From assembly GCA_044892505.1 (NCBI GenBank), contig CM097882.1:142972001-143036000 (forward strand): a stretch of DNA of 64,000 nucleotides, written 5' to 3'. The notes under the pieces were generated by a model, which saw only the letters and a list, made by a program, of their open reading frames with translations, did no database searches and was not told where the DNA came from. Position numbers and translations under genes: made by a program. Shown one piece after another: positions 12,230 through 24,297 of the stretch; the first letter of the stretch is position 1, and the number at the start of each line of letters is the position of its first letter. The DNA comes from Schmidtea nova (Eukaryota).

Positions 12230-14619
12230 CCCAACTGCATTTGTTTCCTTAGTATGTTTATAACATCTCAGTATAAAGAAAGCTTATGTATAATTGTATG
12301 ACTTTTTTTATTGTGTGGGAATTGTTATATCTACTCCTGGCCCTTTACCAATGTTGTATGCTCTTCCTGAATTGTGAAACAATTAATATGATATCCGATT
12401 ACTTCTTTACATATCGAATGAATAGTTTACATTAGTTATGGTTGATGAAAATGGGTCTGACAATATAAATTGAGAAAGCGAGATGAGAATACTGATCTCA
12501 TGTGACTATCTTGAATTTCGGATGACTCAGGCGCAAATAGAAGAGTTTATGAAATTACCCAAAGAATTTGCTTAGAGTATTAAGTTTAGCAGCGTTCGTC
12601 TTGTTGAAATGTAAGAGGAAAGGAAACTTTTCTGGGGGAAAACAAGTCGCTCAAGGAGAACATGGTCAAATTTAGGTCTCGGTACCGGTCCATCGAAACA
12701 GCTTAGAATAGTGTGGAGGGCACCAAAAAACTGGGGAAAAAGATCAAAATCCTGCAGCAGAAAGCGGCCGACGATGCCGATCAGCAAAGGGCTCTGAAGA
12801 TTGTAGTCAAGGAACAGGATGTAAAACTCGTGCGGTTCCAAGTCGATACGATATTAATATTGGATGTGCTGCCAAAATGGCTCTTCCCTCGTTGGAACTG
12901 TTTTTAAGGTAGACTACCCTCGTAGGTAGTCCTCAAATTTTATTTATAAAAAATTCGCTGCTTCAACGAGACAGGTCCTGTCCTCACGGACCAGCCCAGC
13001 CGCGGTGGCGCTGGCTATTATCCTTCAGTGTTATAGTTTTCATCATCCTATTAGCCATTATTCGGGCACCAACGACTTGTAAGTAGAATTGGAATATTGT
13101 TGTCGTAGTTTTCATAGTTATCGTAGTAATTAGTTATTTGATATGTTTTTTTCGGTATATCGGAGAATCGGAAATGATCTTTTATGTAGAGCAGTAATCA
13201 GGCAATTGAGTATTTAGCCATGATTCAGGGGCCAACAACTTGATAGTGATTTTCGAATATTGTTGTCGCAGTTATTGTAGTCATCAGTTATTTGATTCGA
13301 GGCAAATCTTTCATAGGGTAATTTAGGTTCATTTTTTGTCGGGATATTGGATAACAGAGTAGTTGACAAATTTTAGTCGTTCAATCTTTTATGTGGAGCA
13401 GTCATCAAGCAATATACTCTAAATATTTTTGCTTGGCATTTGTGTTAATGTATTTTCATCGAAAAAATTAAAATGTTTCTATTTACTTGATAATTTATAG
13501 TTTTTAGGATTTTTGAGAGTCGACACTTTACATGAAATTTTGACGGGAAAGAGTAATTTTTCATGTTGTAAGATTTTTATGTATTCCTTTTCGTGATTCA
13601 ATTAATAATATGTTAGTAACGACAAATTTTACTTTCGAGTAATTTTTAATATTTGGAAATTGTGAAGGTCAATCCATTTTACGTGTGCAATTTTGTCCGG
13701 GGAGAGCGAATTTTCATTCTTGTTCGTAATTTTTCTTTCGGTTATAGCAGCCGAACAAAGTCACAAAAATTTTAAACAGAGTGTTTTGCTGTGGTTTATA
13801 TACTATTTTTATATAACCTTGACAAGGTTGCATTTAAACCACTTTTATGAAGTCATTTATACTTTATTATTTTTAATTATTTTATTTTTAAATTTAATTC
13901 TCGCAAAATATTATATTAATATTTTCAATAATTTTATTATATTAAAAAATTTCAGTTTGTTTCAATTCATTTTTTAAAGTTTGAAAACTGTTCCATAAAC
14001 TTATCATTGAGATGCCGATATCGATTAGCCAAAATATCTCTTAAGATATTGCTGCAAGTCTTTATTTCATCTGATAATTTTGTCTTTGCTGTTTGTACTT
14101 CATCTAGTGATTCATTTTTCAGCGAAATAGAAAGACTAGGCGTAGGAGATAAATCATAACAAGATTCGGCAATACATTTATTTGTTTTCGATTTTGCATC
14201 CGGTGATATTGAACAATTGCTTGCATTAGTTGATGTGATATTATTTTCATATCATTCTCGCTAATTTATCAAATTTGGAATTGAATATATTTCCAAAGTC
14301 AGCGTCAACGTGGTTTTCGGTTTATCGGGATTCGAAATATTTGGAGAAATTTCTGACACCATTTTAACGTTTGTGTTAATATGGTTTAACATAGTAGTTA
14401 ATATGTAATCTAGTAGTAGTATATTAGTTAGTTAGTGCATTTTTATATAACTAATTGTAGTTTCGAATATTGATTTATTGTATGTATATAAAATATATTA
14501 CATTTCCGTGTTTTCACGCATTTCTTAAATAAAACATTTAAACAAGGAACTATAAAAATATACTATTACAAGAGTTGATTACACAAACTTCTCTGGCAAA
14601 ACTTCTGTCTAAAACTGTT

Positions 14620-15244
14620 GTCTCTCCTTTTTTATAGTTTGCCATTCTGCGAAAGTTGTGTCAATTTACTTTTTTCTCCCAGTCCTGCCGCTGGCATTTC
14701 CAATTTGCTTTTGCTACGGTATTGCCCGTAGTCGTTCGGCGCTCGGGACAATTTACTTTTGTCGCTGACATTTCACCATGTTTTTCCCAGTTCCCATGTT
14801 ATCTTTGACATCTGTCAAGATATCAGTTTTGTTTTTGTTTACCCTATTAAGGAATTACATGATGTTTTTTGCATTTATTAATTATAAGTGACTTTTCTCT
14901 GTTTTATTGTTTTTTTTTAATTTGTTACTCCTTTCTCCTTTTTTCAATTTTTTTGCTATTCCATTTTTTTCCTCGAGTTTCAGAATGCTAGCTCAATCAT
15001 TTATATATTTTTTCCTTAAGTTTTTCCAATTATTTATAATATTATTTATTATTTAGGTATCCTCAACATATTTGAAAATAACAACTCTGCTAATTCTGTT
15101 GACGAGTAAAAATTGTCTGTGGTCAGACAGTAACCCGTATCGAGCAATGGTCTCATTAGTGACATTAAGACTTGGGAGGAAGCTGTAAGATGTTTGTGGC
15201 TCTGGTCAAAAAGAGTATTTTTACTCGTAAAAATAATTCCGGGT

Positions 15245-15336
<92 letters not shown>

Positions 15337-15760
15337 GAGGTTGACTCACACGACATGTATGGCTTCACGCTGAATCTCAATCTTTTGAGTGGCATGTACT
15401 GTATCCGTCCTAAACGCCCTTTGTATAACATCAGACTTTCGTATATGGTTACATTTCTTTCAGGAACACACCCTTGTTGAAATCTCTTTGCAAGTATTGA
15501 AACACAGGCCATATTTTATTCAGTTTAGGATGGGAATGGGTTGATTCGTTGTATTCAGCATTATTGCTAAATACAAAAAAGGTTTAGCAATAAAAACAAC
15601 CTGTATGAAAGGGTGCGTGCAAAAAACGGAGTTTCGAATATCTTACTTTTGGTCCAGTGCATTTTCTCTTTTGCTTTCTTTACAACACTTTGCACTAAAA
15701 TGATCTCAAAAAATATTCTCATTTCGTTTAATGTGGATTTTAAAATTTTAAAAGTTTTCA
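14620..15760 (-). pseudogene. piggyBac (PGBD4-like) transposase fossil
   Basis: [32 protein letters not shown]; VVMSLMRPLLDTxYCLTTDNFYSS; Cys-rich C-terminal remnant; interrupted by (TA)n. Confidence 0.8.
15250..15333. repeat. (TA)n microsatellite
   Basis: About 42 TA units. Confidence 0.98.
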
Positions 15761-15840
15761 GTTTGTTTCAATTTTTTTTCTAGACTTACTAATTTTATTC
15801 CTAAAAATTTGAGTATTACTTAATATTTTAATTATCATTA

Positions 15841-16429
15841 GGGTAAACTCGGCTAACTTAGTGATATTAAGGAATTCTCTTAATATTTTAAAAGAAACCA
15901 TAGATATCTGAAAAATATAATATTTGACAACTATGTATGTCCCGGTATATGATTCGTCTACTAATTTATCATCTCAAATTTTGAGATCTGTTTTTGAGTT
16001 CAAACTTATAATAGTTTAAACCAACCATGTTCTTTTTGTGTAACTTCGTGATGCTATGGCTAATCTTCCTGGGAGCCATTTGTTGGGTTTAAATTTTTAA
16101 TAAATGTTTATTATGTTATTACAAACATATTTTTAATAAATTAAATGTCAATATTTTCGTAGCATACTAGCATTTGAATTCAATACTTTAAAAAAAATAC
16201 ATTATATTAACAAAAAAAGTTATATTAACAAGCAAAATTGTAAAGATTTTACACAAATTAATATATATTATATATAAATGGAACCAGCCAGTCGCTTAGG
16301 CTGCGGAATAGTTTAATCTAATAGTTTGATGGATAAACATTTACATAAAACCGTATGTAAACCTCAATGGTGCATTTTTACTTTGATATCACGAATTTAG
16401 CCGTGTCACGGAGAAAGCCGAGTTTACCC
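15841..16429. mobile_element. MITE with 14-bp TIR and probable TA TSD
   Basis: GGGTAAACTCGGCT / AGCCGAGTTTACCC; absent from the paralogous site near 52795 (TATCATTCTATGAAA). Confidence 0.75.
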
Positions 16430-17463
16430 TATATGAAATTTCTAAATTAAATTATATATATTTTCAATAATACATGTATTTTATCTAAAGAAATTAATCA
16501 ATGATAATCATCTTCAAACTGTATCAAAATTTTGATAGAGTTTGACGATGATTATCATTAATTAATTTGCTTACATATGTATTTAGTTGTCTGATTTATT
16601 CTCATTGTTCTCTTGCAATCTTCGTGTTATTTACTATATAAATTTACAGCTGAGTTCGTGTAAATTCATGTTTATTTTTAATATATGTTTTATTTTTATT
16701 ATATACCTATTGTAAGATAATTTTAAGAGATTTATTAGGCGATTATGTAAGATTTTAATTATAAACTTCTTGTGCACGATCAGATTTTGAGGTAATCTCT
16801 TCATTTAAACAAATTAAATTTTTGATTTCACCTGCTGGGTTTATGGGTGTGTTTTAAATAATTAATAATAAATAATTAAACAAATAATAATAAATAAGTA
16901 TACTAGGGATGCCTCACCCATAACCATACATAAAAACAAATCGTCTCACTCGCGCGCCCCTAAGTATTCCCTATCTAGTTAGGTTGGAACTGCGTGCGGC
17001 GGTTGAAAAATGATGGGCAGGTGAGCTCCATCGCTGGAACTACTCCCCATTTATTTTCACGGGCCCCTGCTGCCTGCTAGGAGGTCTTACACTGGTATTC
17101 TATCGTCATCTACGCTTAACTTCAAACAAAAATCGTATTTCAACTAAAAATTTAAGTCAGCTACAATTCCTGAATTTCGAAAAACGAAATAAAGTGATAC
17201 ATCGTAAAAATTCATTTATTTATAAAAATTCTCGGAAATCTAATTTATTAAGTATAACTGTTAAAAAACCCAAAATCACCACTATGTCGTTGCATCGCTA
17301 TGTGCAAAAAATTCTTGATCGAATTCGTCTTGCGATAATTTTAATTCTGAACTTAAATCACCAGGTGAAATGTAAAATTCGTGTAAGTAGTGAGATAATG
17401 GCCCTTTGGCGCACTTAAATTCTACCCACCCCCCCCCCCACCCCCCTAGAAAATTTTTTTCTC

Positions 17464-17820
17464 TGCGTTGACGGGCCACTATGTTTTTTCTGGCAATTTT
17501 TGTATTGGAAATTTATTGTCGGTCTTTTGTACAGGTGCGTTGACGGGCCACTATGTTTTTCTGGTCATTATTGTATTGGAAATTTATTGTCGGTCTTTTG
17601 TACAGGTGCGTTAGCGGGCCATTATGTTTTTGGGTCAATCTTTGTATTGGAAAATTTTCGTCGGTCTTTTGTACAGGTGCGTTAGCGGGCCATTATGTTT
17701 TTGGGTCAATCTTTGTATTGGAAAATTTTCGTCGGTCTTTTGTACAGGTGCGTTAGCGGGCCATTATGTTTTTGGATCGATCTTTTTTATTGGAAAATTT
17801 TTGTCGGTCTTTTGTACAGG
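17464..17820. repeat. 71-bp subterminal tandem repeat, 5 units (left arm)
   Basis: Unit starts at 17464, 17536, 17607, 17678, 17749. Confidence 0.95.
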
Positions 17821-18363
17821 GATTTTGGGCTCCGAGATTTTTCTCAGGCAAAAAGGGACTGGTATTTTGTACATGGAATTTTGGTCGAGGTTTTTGTAAA
17901 GCATTTTCTACTCCCAGATCCTATCTAGGACAAAAAGAGACTCTAGTAATTATTATACAGAAATTTTCAAGAGATTTTTATGGTAAATAAAAACACGTGT
18001 AAATTTATCAAAATGTTAAATAGATTTAAATGGTTTTTATTTCTATGGTAAAATACAAAGACAAAAGAATGACATAATATTTAAAATTTAAGAAAAAAAA
18101 GGGTAAAATCAAGGCAATGTGAGAGTTGAAATGACACAATATTTAAAATTTAATAAATAAAAAGGGTAAAATCAATTTTTTGGAGAAATCAGAGTTGGTA
18201 AATTTTTAAATATAAAATTAAATTCTTTTTCACAAAATGAAATTAATTTTTCACAAAATTCTTTTTTAAACCAATAAAAGTCTTAACTAATAAAAAGAAA
18301 AATTTTTAACTAATAAAAAGAAACATTTTTAACTAAATTTTATTAAAATAAATACAAATTTTA

Positions 18364-21300
18364 TTAAAATAAATCTTCTTCATCGTCTTCTTCTGTAACT
18401 TGATTGAATTCTCTGTCATTAGTGTCTTTATAATGCCCGTATGCACAACTTTCATTTTTTCCCACCCAAACCCTTTTATCATCATTATTAGTTAGTGCAA
18501 TTTTTGAATTTTTAAAGCTATATAACTGATGATTTTTTGTACCTATTCTAAATTGTGGTACACTAATCTCTGAGTTATTTAAATAACATTTTACATATGA
18601 ATCGTGGTCTATTTTAGTATCCTTTAATGTTGCTCCCTTAGCCTTTGTAGTATTAGTTTTACCCAACAAGCTGTAACATTTTGGTCTAAGGAAAATCCAC
18701 TCATCATATCCTTCACCCTTACTTTCATCTTTGAATTTTCCAATAACAGAATCCAATTTCTTGCTGTATAGTGGGTGATCAGTTGGATAATTTGATGTAT
18801 CTAACAAGTTATCATTTTTCATTTCATTTAATAATATTTCTAATTTTAGATTTTTAATTTCTAGAAAAAACGAATCTGTATCGCCTGCTACGATATTTAT
18901 CTGACAACTATATTTGTCGCGATATTTTTGTAAATCTTTGTATTGTAATTCGTACATTCGAAGTTTTGATAAATCAAGCACCGATTGTCCAATATAACTC
19001 GGTCTATCTAAACAAATCGAATCTGGATTTAATAAAGCAGCAACTAAATTATCGTCGATTTTAATAGATTTTTTGAAAGAAGGTTTTGATGTATATTTAA
19101 CTAGTTTTTTCTCCGTTGAACATAATCTTAAATTCATTCTCCTTTTAAGATTTTCCACTGTTTTGCCATACAGACTATTATTGAGTAATTTGAAAAAGTT
19201 TTTATCTAAAGTATTAGTACTTTTCGCCCGCAATTCAGTGTTGGTGTCTATATACTTTTTGAAAATTGGAGATTGTTTAAATTTAACTGCTCTATTTATC
19301 TTTGTGACTTTAACACCAAGTCCTAAATATAATTGAAGTAATCGCCAATGAATTATATAATTATTTTTAGGGTAATGAGTCAATAGTAATTTTTCTACTT
19401 TTGAACCTCGTGGTTTCATTTTTTCTGCAGCTACCGGGAAATCATCCAAGAAATCATGAATTTCAGCAGGTATTTCCAAATCTACCTCTAAAGTGTAACC
19501 GTAAGATATAGATTCAAGATTTAGATTAATACAGTCATGCAAAATATTATCTAAATTATCAGTCACCCAACTAAATTCTCCACAAGGTAAAGGTTCACTT
19601 AAAGCCCATCCGTAAAGATTATTTATATCGATATACAATAATTCTGTATTTTCATCTGTTTTAACGAAGTGTTTATTTACAAAAGTCAAACCTCCTCGAA
19701 TTCCCCCTTCATAAAAGCTAAACATTTCATTTTCTGTTATTAATTCTATTGGTTCATCTAAAGTCATTAAAGAAGATGACCAAGACATGCCAGGAATACC
19801 GAAGTAATTCAATGGCTCTAATCTATTGTGAGCTATAGATTTGGTTCGAAATTGCTGAAAGAAATCAGCCAAAAGAAAGCAATCAAGTTTCAAGTAAGTC
19901 ATCATATAATCTAAAAGAGTAACACAGTTTGTTTCTGTCCAAATCAGTTGTGCCTTTTCATATTCTTCTTTTGAAACACCTTTCCAGATTGGTGGTAACT
20001 CATAAGTATTTTCAAGTACTTCTAAACTTGTAGCAAAGCTATACGGAAAAATCCCCTTTTCAGAAACTATAGTTCCATTAAAAACCGAATTTGTCAAAGG
20101 TAAAGATTTCAACGTTTTCACTGCCTTTGCCAAAGAATCATTCACAAACTGGTATGAGTCTAAAAATCTTAAACTAATCTTGCCAACATGAGCTATCAAT
20201 GAAATAAATTTTTCAGTTGTAATAGGTATACAACCCAATGACCAATTCTTGAACTTATTTAATCCGTGTTTAAGAATATGGTGCATATCATATCCTTTCA
20301 AGTTATGAAAAACTATTGGTAAAGACTTGTTGATTTTTCTATTAATGTTACACGTTTGACATGCTGCACCTAAATATTTCCCAGTGAAATGATCATGGTC
20401 TCTTACAGGATCTACGATATTTTTCATGCAAAGGTAACAAGTAGTACCATTTTTAAATTGATCCTCTTCAATTTCAGTCAATCTATTCATTGGTTTGTTT
20501 CCATTTTTATTGTAATATGGAAGAACTTTTAATAAAGCAATATTTTCAATCGCTTTTAAAAATTCATCTACACAATTTAGTCCAATAAATTGTTGGTAAG
20601 ATTTTGTCCCATCAAAGTTATTTATTAACAAAAGCCCCGCAGAAATAGGCAAGTGTTTCTGATAATATACATCATCCTTTGGTAAAATAGCTTCAAAGTC
20701 TGCATAAATAACAAATGGTGGGGTAACAGTTTTTGACCAATCTGAAAATTTAAGCATTTTATTTTCCGGGAAAGTGTATAATGTTGTTCCTAGTTGATTT
20801 TTTCTGCATAAAATCTCATGTTTTTCCAACGATATTTTATTTGGGAAACCATTTAAACATCTACTGCACCATTCGCTTCTTATCCTAGTAGTACAATAAA
20901 TGCTTTGGTGACAATTCATTAAACGTTTTAAATTTATAATAGGTACATAATGATATTTTTCCCCTTCATTTAATAACAATAAATTTATAGTTTTTCCTTC
21001 TATTACTTTTGACCGATGAATAATATCCAAATGAGGATGCTTTAAAATATAATCATCTTGCTCTTCATTAATTTCATTATTATAACATAGTACATTTATG
21101 ATCAATCCTGGATTCTTTGCTTCGAATTTTCTGATACTATTTAATTTCATGGGCATGTCTGATATATCATATTTGAGCTCTGACAAAAAATTTATATATT
21201 TTGATACTCTTTCTCTATCTCTAGATTTTAAATCATATTTTAATATAGCTAAAATGCTATATAAAAAACATAAATTATCCTTATTATCAATGTTTAATAT

Positions 21301-22585
21301 ACATCTCTTTCCTTTTAATCCTTGAGGAGTTTTTACAATGCTTCTACCTGCTAACCTACTTATATTGGATATCTTAGTTACAACAAAACTTATTTCAGTA
21401 ATACGATTAAGTACCCAACTGCTACCTAATTCCGAAAATGAAGTTATCTTTTCATTCAATTTTTTAATTCCCTCTTCGAAAAATTTCTGTGTCAGAGGTT
21501 TTGCACTATTGGAAATATTGTTTCTTTTAATTTCTCCATCTTTCTCAAATTCAACACAGATACCAAATTGTATCTTCACATAGCCTATTTCATTAATTAT
21601 TTCTATTAATTTATTAATTAATGATTGTGGAAAAATAATTTGCTTTATATTTAAATCACTAGTGTTAATTTTTAAAATCCTATGCGATCCATTTAAATCA
21701 CTTTCAATGACAGGGAGAGGTTCTATAACACTTCCTCCAGTTTGATAAAATCCAACGTTCCAAAAATCTTCAATCTCTTCCACCGTTTCAATTAAAATCT
21801 TGTTTTTGTCCGTTTCGTCCGCTTCCATCGCTTCTAATAAAATCTTATCTTCAATCTCTTCTTGTAAATTTTGTGATTTCTTGATTATTTCTATGTTCAA
21901 TTTAATATTTTTATTATTTATAGGGTTTTGAGTCAAGTTTGGTCTTTTAAATAATTTTATTTTCTTAGACCTATATTCATTTAAATGATCCTTATGTTCA
22001 TCGTAAAAATTTTTATATGTAAGGGGTTGGGAAGTTTGGCATACGGGACATATATAATAGCGAATTTTATAATAAGAGTGTCCATAATATTGCTCCATTG
22101 ATCGATGACAATTATCGTTGTGGTCAGTTGAAAAGCAATAATTTGGGTATAAAGCACCTATGAATGTAAATTAATGTTAAAAATAATAATAATATTATCA
22201 AATTATATATTTACAAATATTTTACTATATTTATTTACTAAATTAATTAAAATATAATTAAATTAATTAAAATTAATCAATACTTACATTGGTCATTCAA
22301 TACCACATCAGGTATAACTCCATTATTCATATTATTTTCGTCACTAATAATCTTAGTTTGTACGGTAGTTAGTTCAGTCATATTTACATCACCTAAAGTA
22401 AAAATTAAATAATATATTATGTTTAAGATTAAGTACCATTTTCTTCTGTATTTTCTAACAACGATTTCCCAATTGAATTATTGATATTACCTAAATTACT
22501 ACTAAATGATAATAAATTAAAAAATAAATTTACCGTTTTCTTTCCCACTTGGGTTTTCGTTCATAAAACTTGTTATTGTGTTCAT
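18364..22585 (-). CDS. polB: Intact protein-primed family B DNA polymerase, spliced, ~1334 aa; exons 22585-22534, 22490-22437, 22392-22288, 22157-18364
   Basis: ExoI VIYADFE, ExoII FHNLKGYD, ExoIII YLKLD; Pol motifs YIDINNLYG, KLLNNSLYGK, AGDTDS; C2H2-like CSRC..H..C; HNH/EndoVII-like CYLC..DHDH..CQTCN; three GT-AG phase-1 introns add 90 in-frame codons to the 1244-aa ORF. Confidence 0.92.
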
Positions 22586-22634
22586 TTTTAATGTTTATTA
22601 TTTGTAAAAGTGAATAATGAATGAAAAAGTATTG

Positions 22635-22734
22635 TTTATATATCAAAGTTATTACACACACATAACCTTTGACCAATAAAAATCGAGTAAGGGGTAGGAA
22701 ATTTATTCTTATCAACCAATCAGAATCGAGTAAG
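22635..22734 (-). promoter_or_regulatory. PolB promoter, left arm: two CCAAT boxes plus TATA
   Basis: GACCAATAAAAATCGAGTAAG and AACCAATCAGAATCGAGTAAG; TTTATATATC (TATA on the minus strand) ~50 bp upstream of the ATG; conserved at 63710-63810. Confidence 0.7.
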
Positions 22735-23139
22735 AGGCAGTAAAGGTATTATTATCATCAGATAGAGAATTATGACTAATTATATATTACGTTGCAGTAT
22801 TTTAAAAAAACTAGAAAAGTTATTTCAACAAATTATAATACACATCAAAGTTATAAAATATTTCAATGAATTGCATGCATGTCATATGATTAAAATATAT
22901 TAGACTAAATATTTCAGTAAATTACGTCTAAATTATATTACATTTCAATAATTACGTCAGTTATAAAAAATATTTTAATTAATTTTGATAAAATACATTA
23001 GAATTGTCAATAACACACACAAAACCTTTATAATTTTCATTAGTATATGATAGAAAATTAAATTATATCTACACATGATTACAATAAATATTCGATAAAT
23101 CTATGCTAAATAGTCGAAAAAATCCCAGTATTTTATTAC

Positions 23140-24240
23140 AAAACACGTGTGCATCACAAACATATCAATATACTTAATTTTGAATCAAGCCATTTTATAG
23201 ATATTTAAATTTTATCTATATGTAATTACAATGAAAACTCACTAAAGTTATTTTAAATAACTAAAACTTACAAAATTAATTACAAAACACGTGTGTAACA
23301 CGAAAAACGACAACTTTTAGATTTTGAATCAAGCCATTTTATAGGAAATTAAATTTTACATATACTTTATTACAATGAAAAGTCAATAAATTTATTTTAT
23401 ATACATGAAAAATGCAAAATTAATTACAAAACACGTGTGTAACACCAAAAACGACAACTTTTAGATTTTGAATCAAGCCATTTTATAGCAATTTAAATTT
23501 TATCTATACTTTATTACAATGAAAAGTCAATAAATTTATTTTATATACACGAAAAATGCAAAATTAATTACAAAACACGTGTGTATTACAAACACACTAG
23601 CAAACTAATTTTCTAATCAAGCCATTTTATAGGAAATTAAATTGTACTTATACTTTATTACAATGAAAACTCAATAAATTTATTTTATATACACGAAAAA
23701 TGCAAAATTAATTACAAAACACGTGTGTATTACAAAATACAACAACTTTCAGATTTCTAATAAAGCAATTTTGTAGACATTTAAATTTTACACATATAAT
23801 ATTACAAGGAAAACTCAATAAATTTATTTTATATACACGAAAAATATAAAATTAATTACAAAACACGTGTGCATTACAAACACACCAACAAACTAAATTT
23901 CTAATCAAGCCATTTTATAGGAAATTAAATTTTACTTATACTTTATTACAATGAAAAATACATAAAGTTACTTTATATTGTTAAAAATTTGAAAATTCAA
24001 AATAAAACACGTGTGCATCACAAAATACGACAACTTTCAGAATTCTAATAAAGCTATTTTGTAGACAATTAAATTTTATCTATACAATATTACAATGAAA
24101 ACTCAAAAAAGTTATTTTATTTAGGTGAAATATACAAATTTAATGACAAAACACGTGTGCACAACAATATACACAACATTTTGAATTTTTAATTCAGCCA
24201 TTTTGTAGACAATAAAATTCTGTCTATCTATTGTTACACT
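23140..24240. repeat. 144-bp tandem array, 8 units, each with an E-box (AAAACACGTGTG), left arm
   Basis: CACGTG at 23144, 23288, 23432, 23576, 23720, 23864, 24008, 24152 (exact 144-bp period). Confidence 0.95.
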
Positions 24241-24297
24241 TAAAACCTGATCAGGCCCAAATAAAGTGTCAAAGAACCCGTCAGAAAAAAACAGGAT

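Larger units (their letters stand above)
13981..16830. repeat. Segmental duplication, copy 1 (matches 41775-43005 and 52290-53790)
   Basis: Long colinear near-identity, e.g. 13981 TTGAAAACTGTTCCATAAAC = 41775; 15333 TCAGGAGGTTGACTCAC ~ 52289; 16783 CAGATTTTGAGGTAATC ~ 53741. Confidence 0.85.

Noticed and set aside
15172-15480. 102-aa ORF with YI repeats
   Set aside because: Translation of a (TA)n microsatellite, antisense to the piggyBac fossil.
17500-17990. Overlapping ORFs in the 71-bp repeats (also 31395-31814, 47039-47398, 50281-50886)
   Set aside because: By-products of tandem repeats lacking stops; low-complexity F/L/I-rich translations.
19073-21583. Plus-strand ORFs 19073-19336, 21098-21325, 21338-21583 (mirrors 27802-28287, 30049-30312, and 60650-61135)
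   Set aside because: Antisense shadows of the PolB reading frame with no motifs.
18364-22098. Phage, bacterial or mitochondrial-plasmid origin of the polymerase
   Set aside because: Spliceosomal introns, CCAAT/TATA promoter, AATAAA after the stop, Polinton-type termini and TSD, and a eukaryotic TE neighbourhood.
22530-22715. 61-aa ORF (mirror 26670-26855) as a second element gene
   Set aside because: It runs through the CCAAT/TATA promoter and overlaps PolB exon 1 out of frame; no protein-like features.
23140-24240. CRISPR-like array
   Set aside because: Whole 144-bp units are homologous with no unique spacers, there are no cas genes, and the context is eukaryotic; the same applies to the 15-bp and 71-bp arrays.
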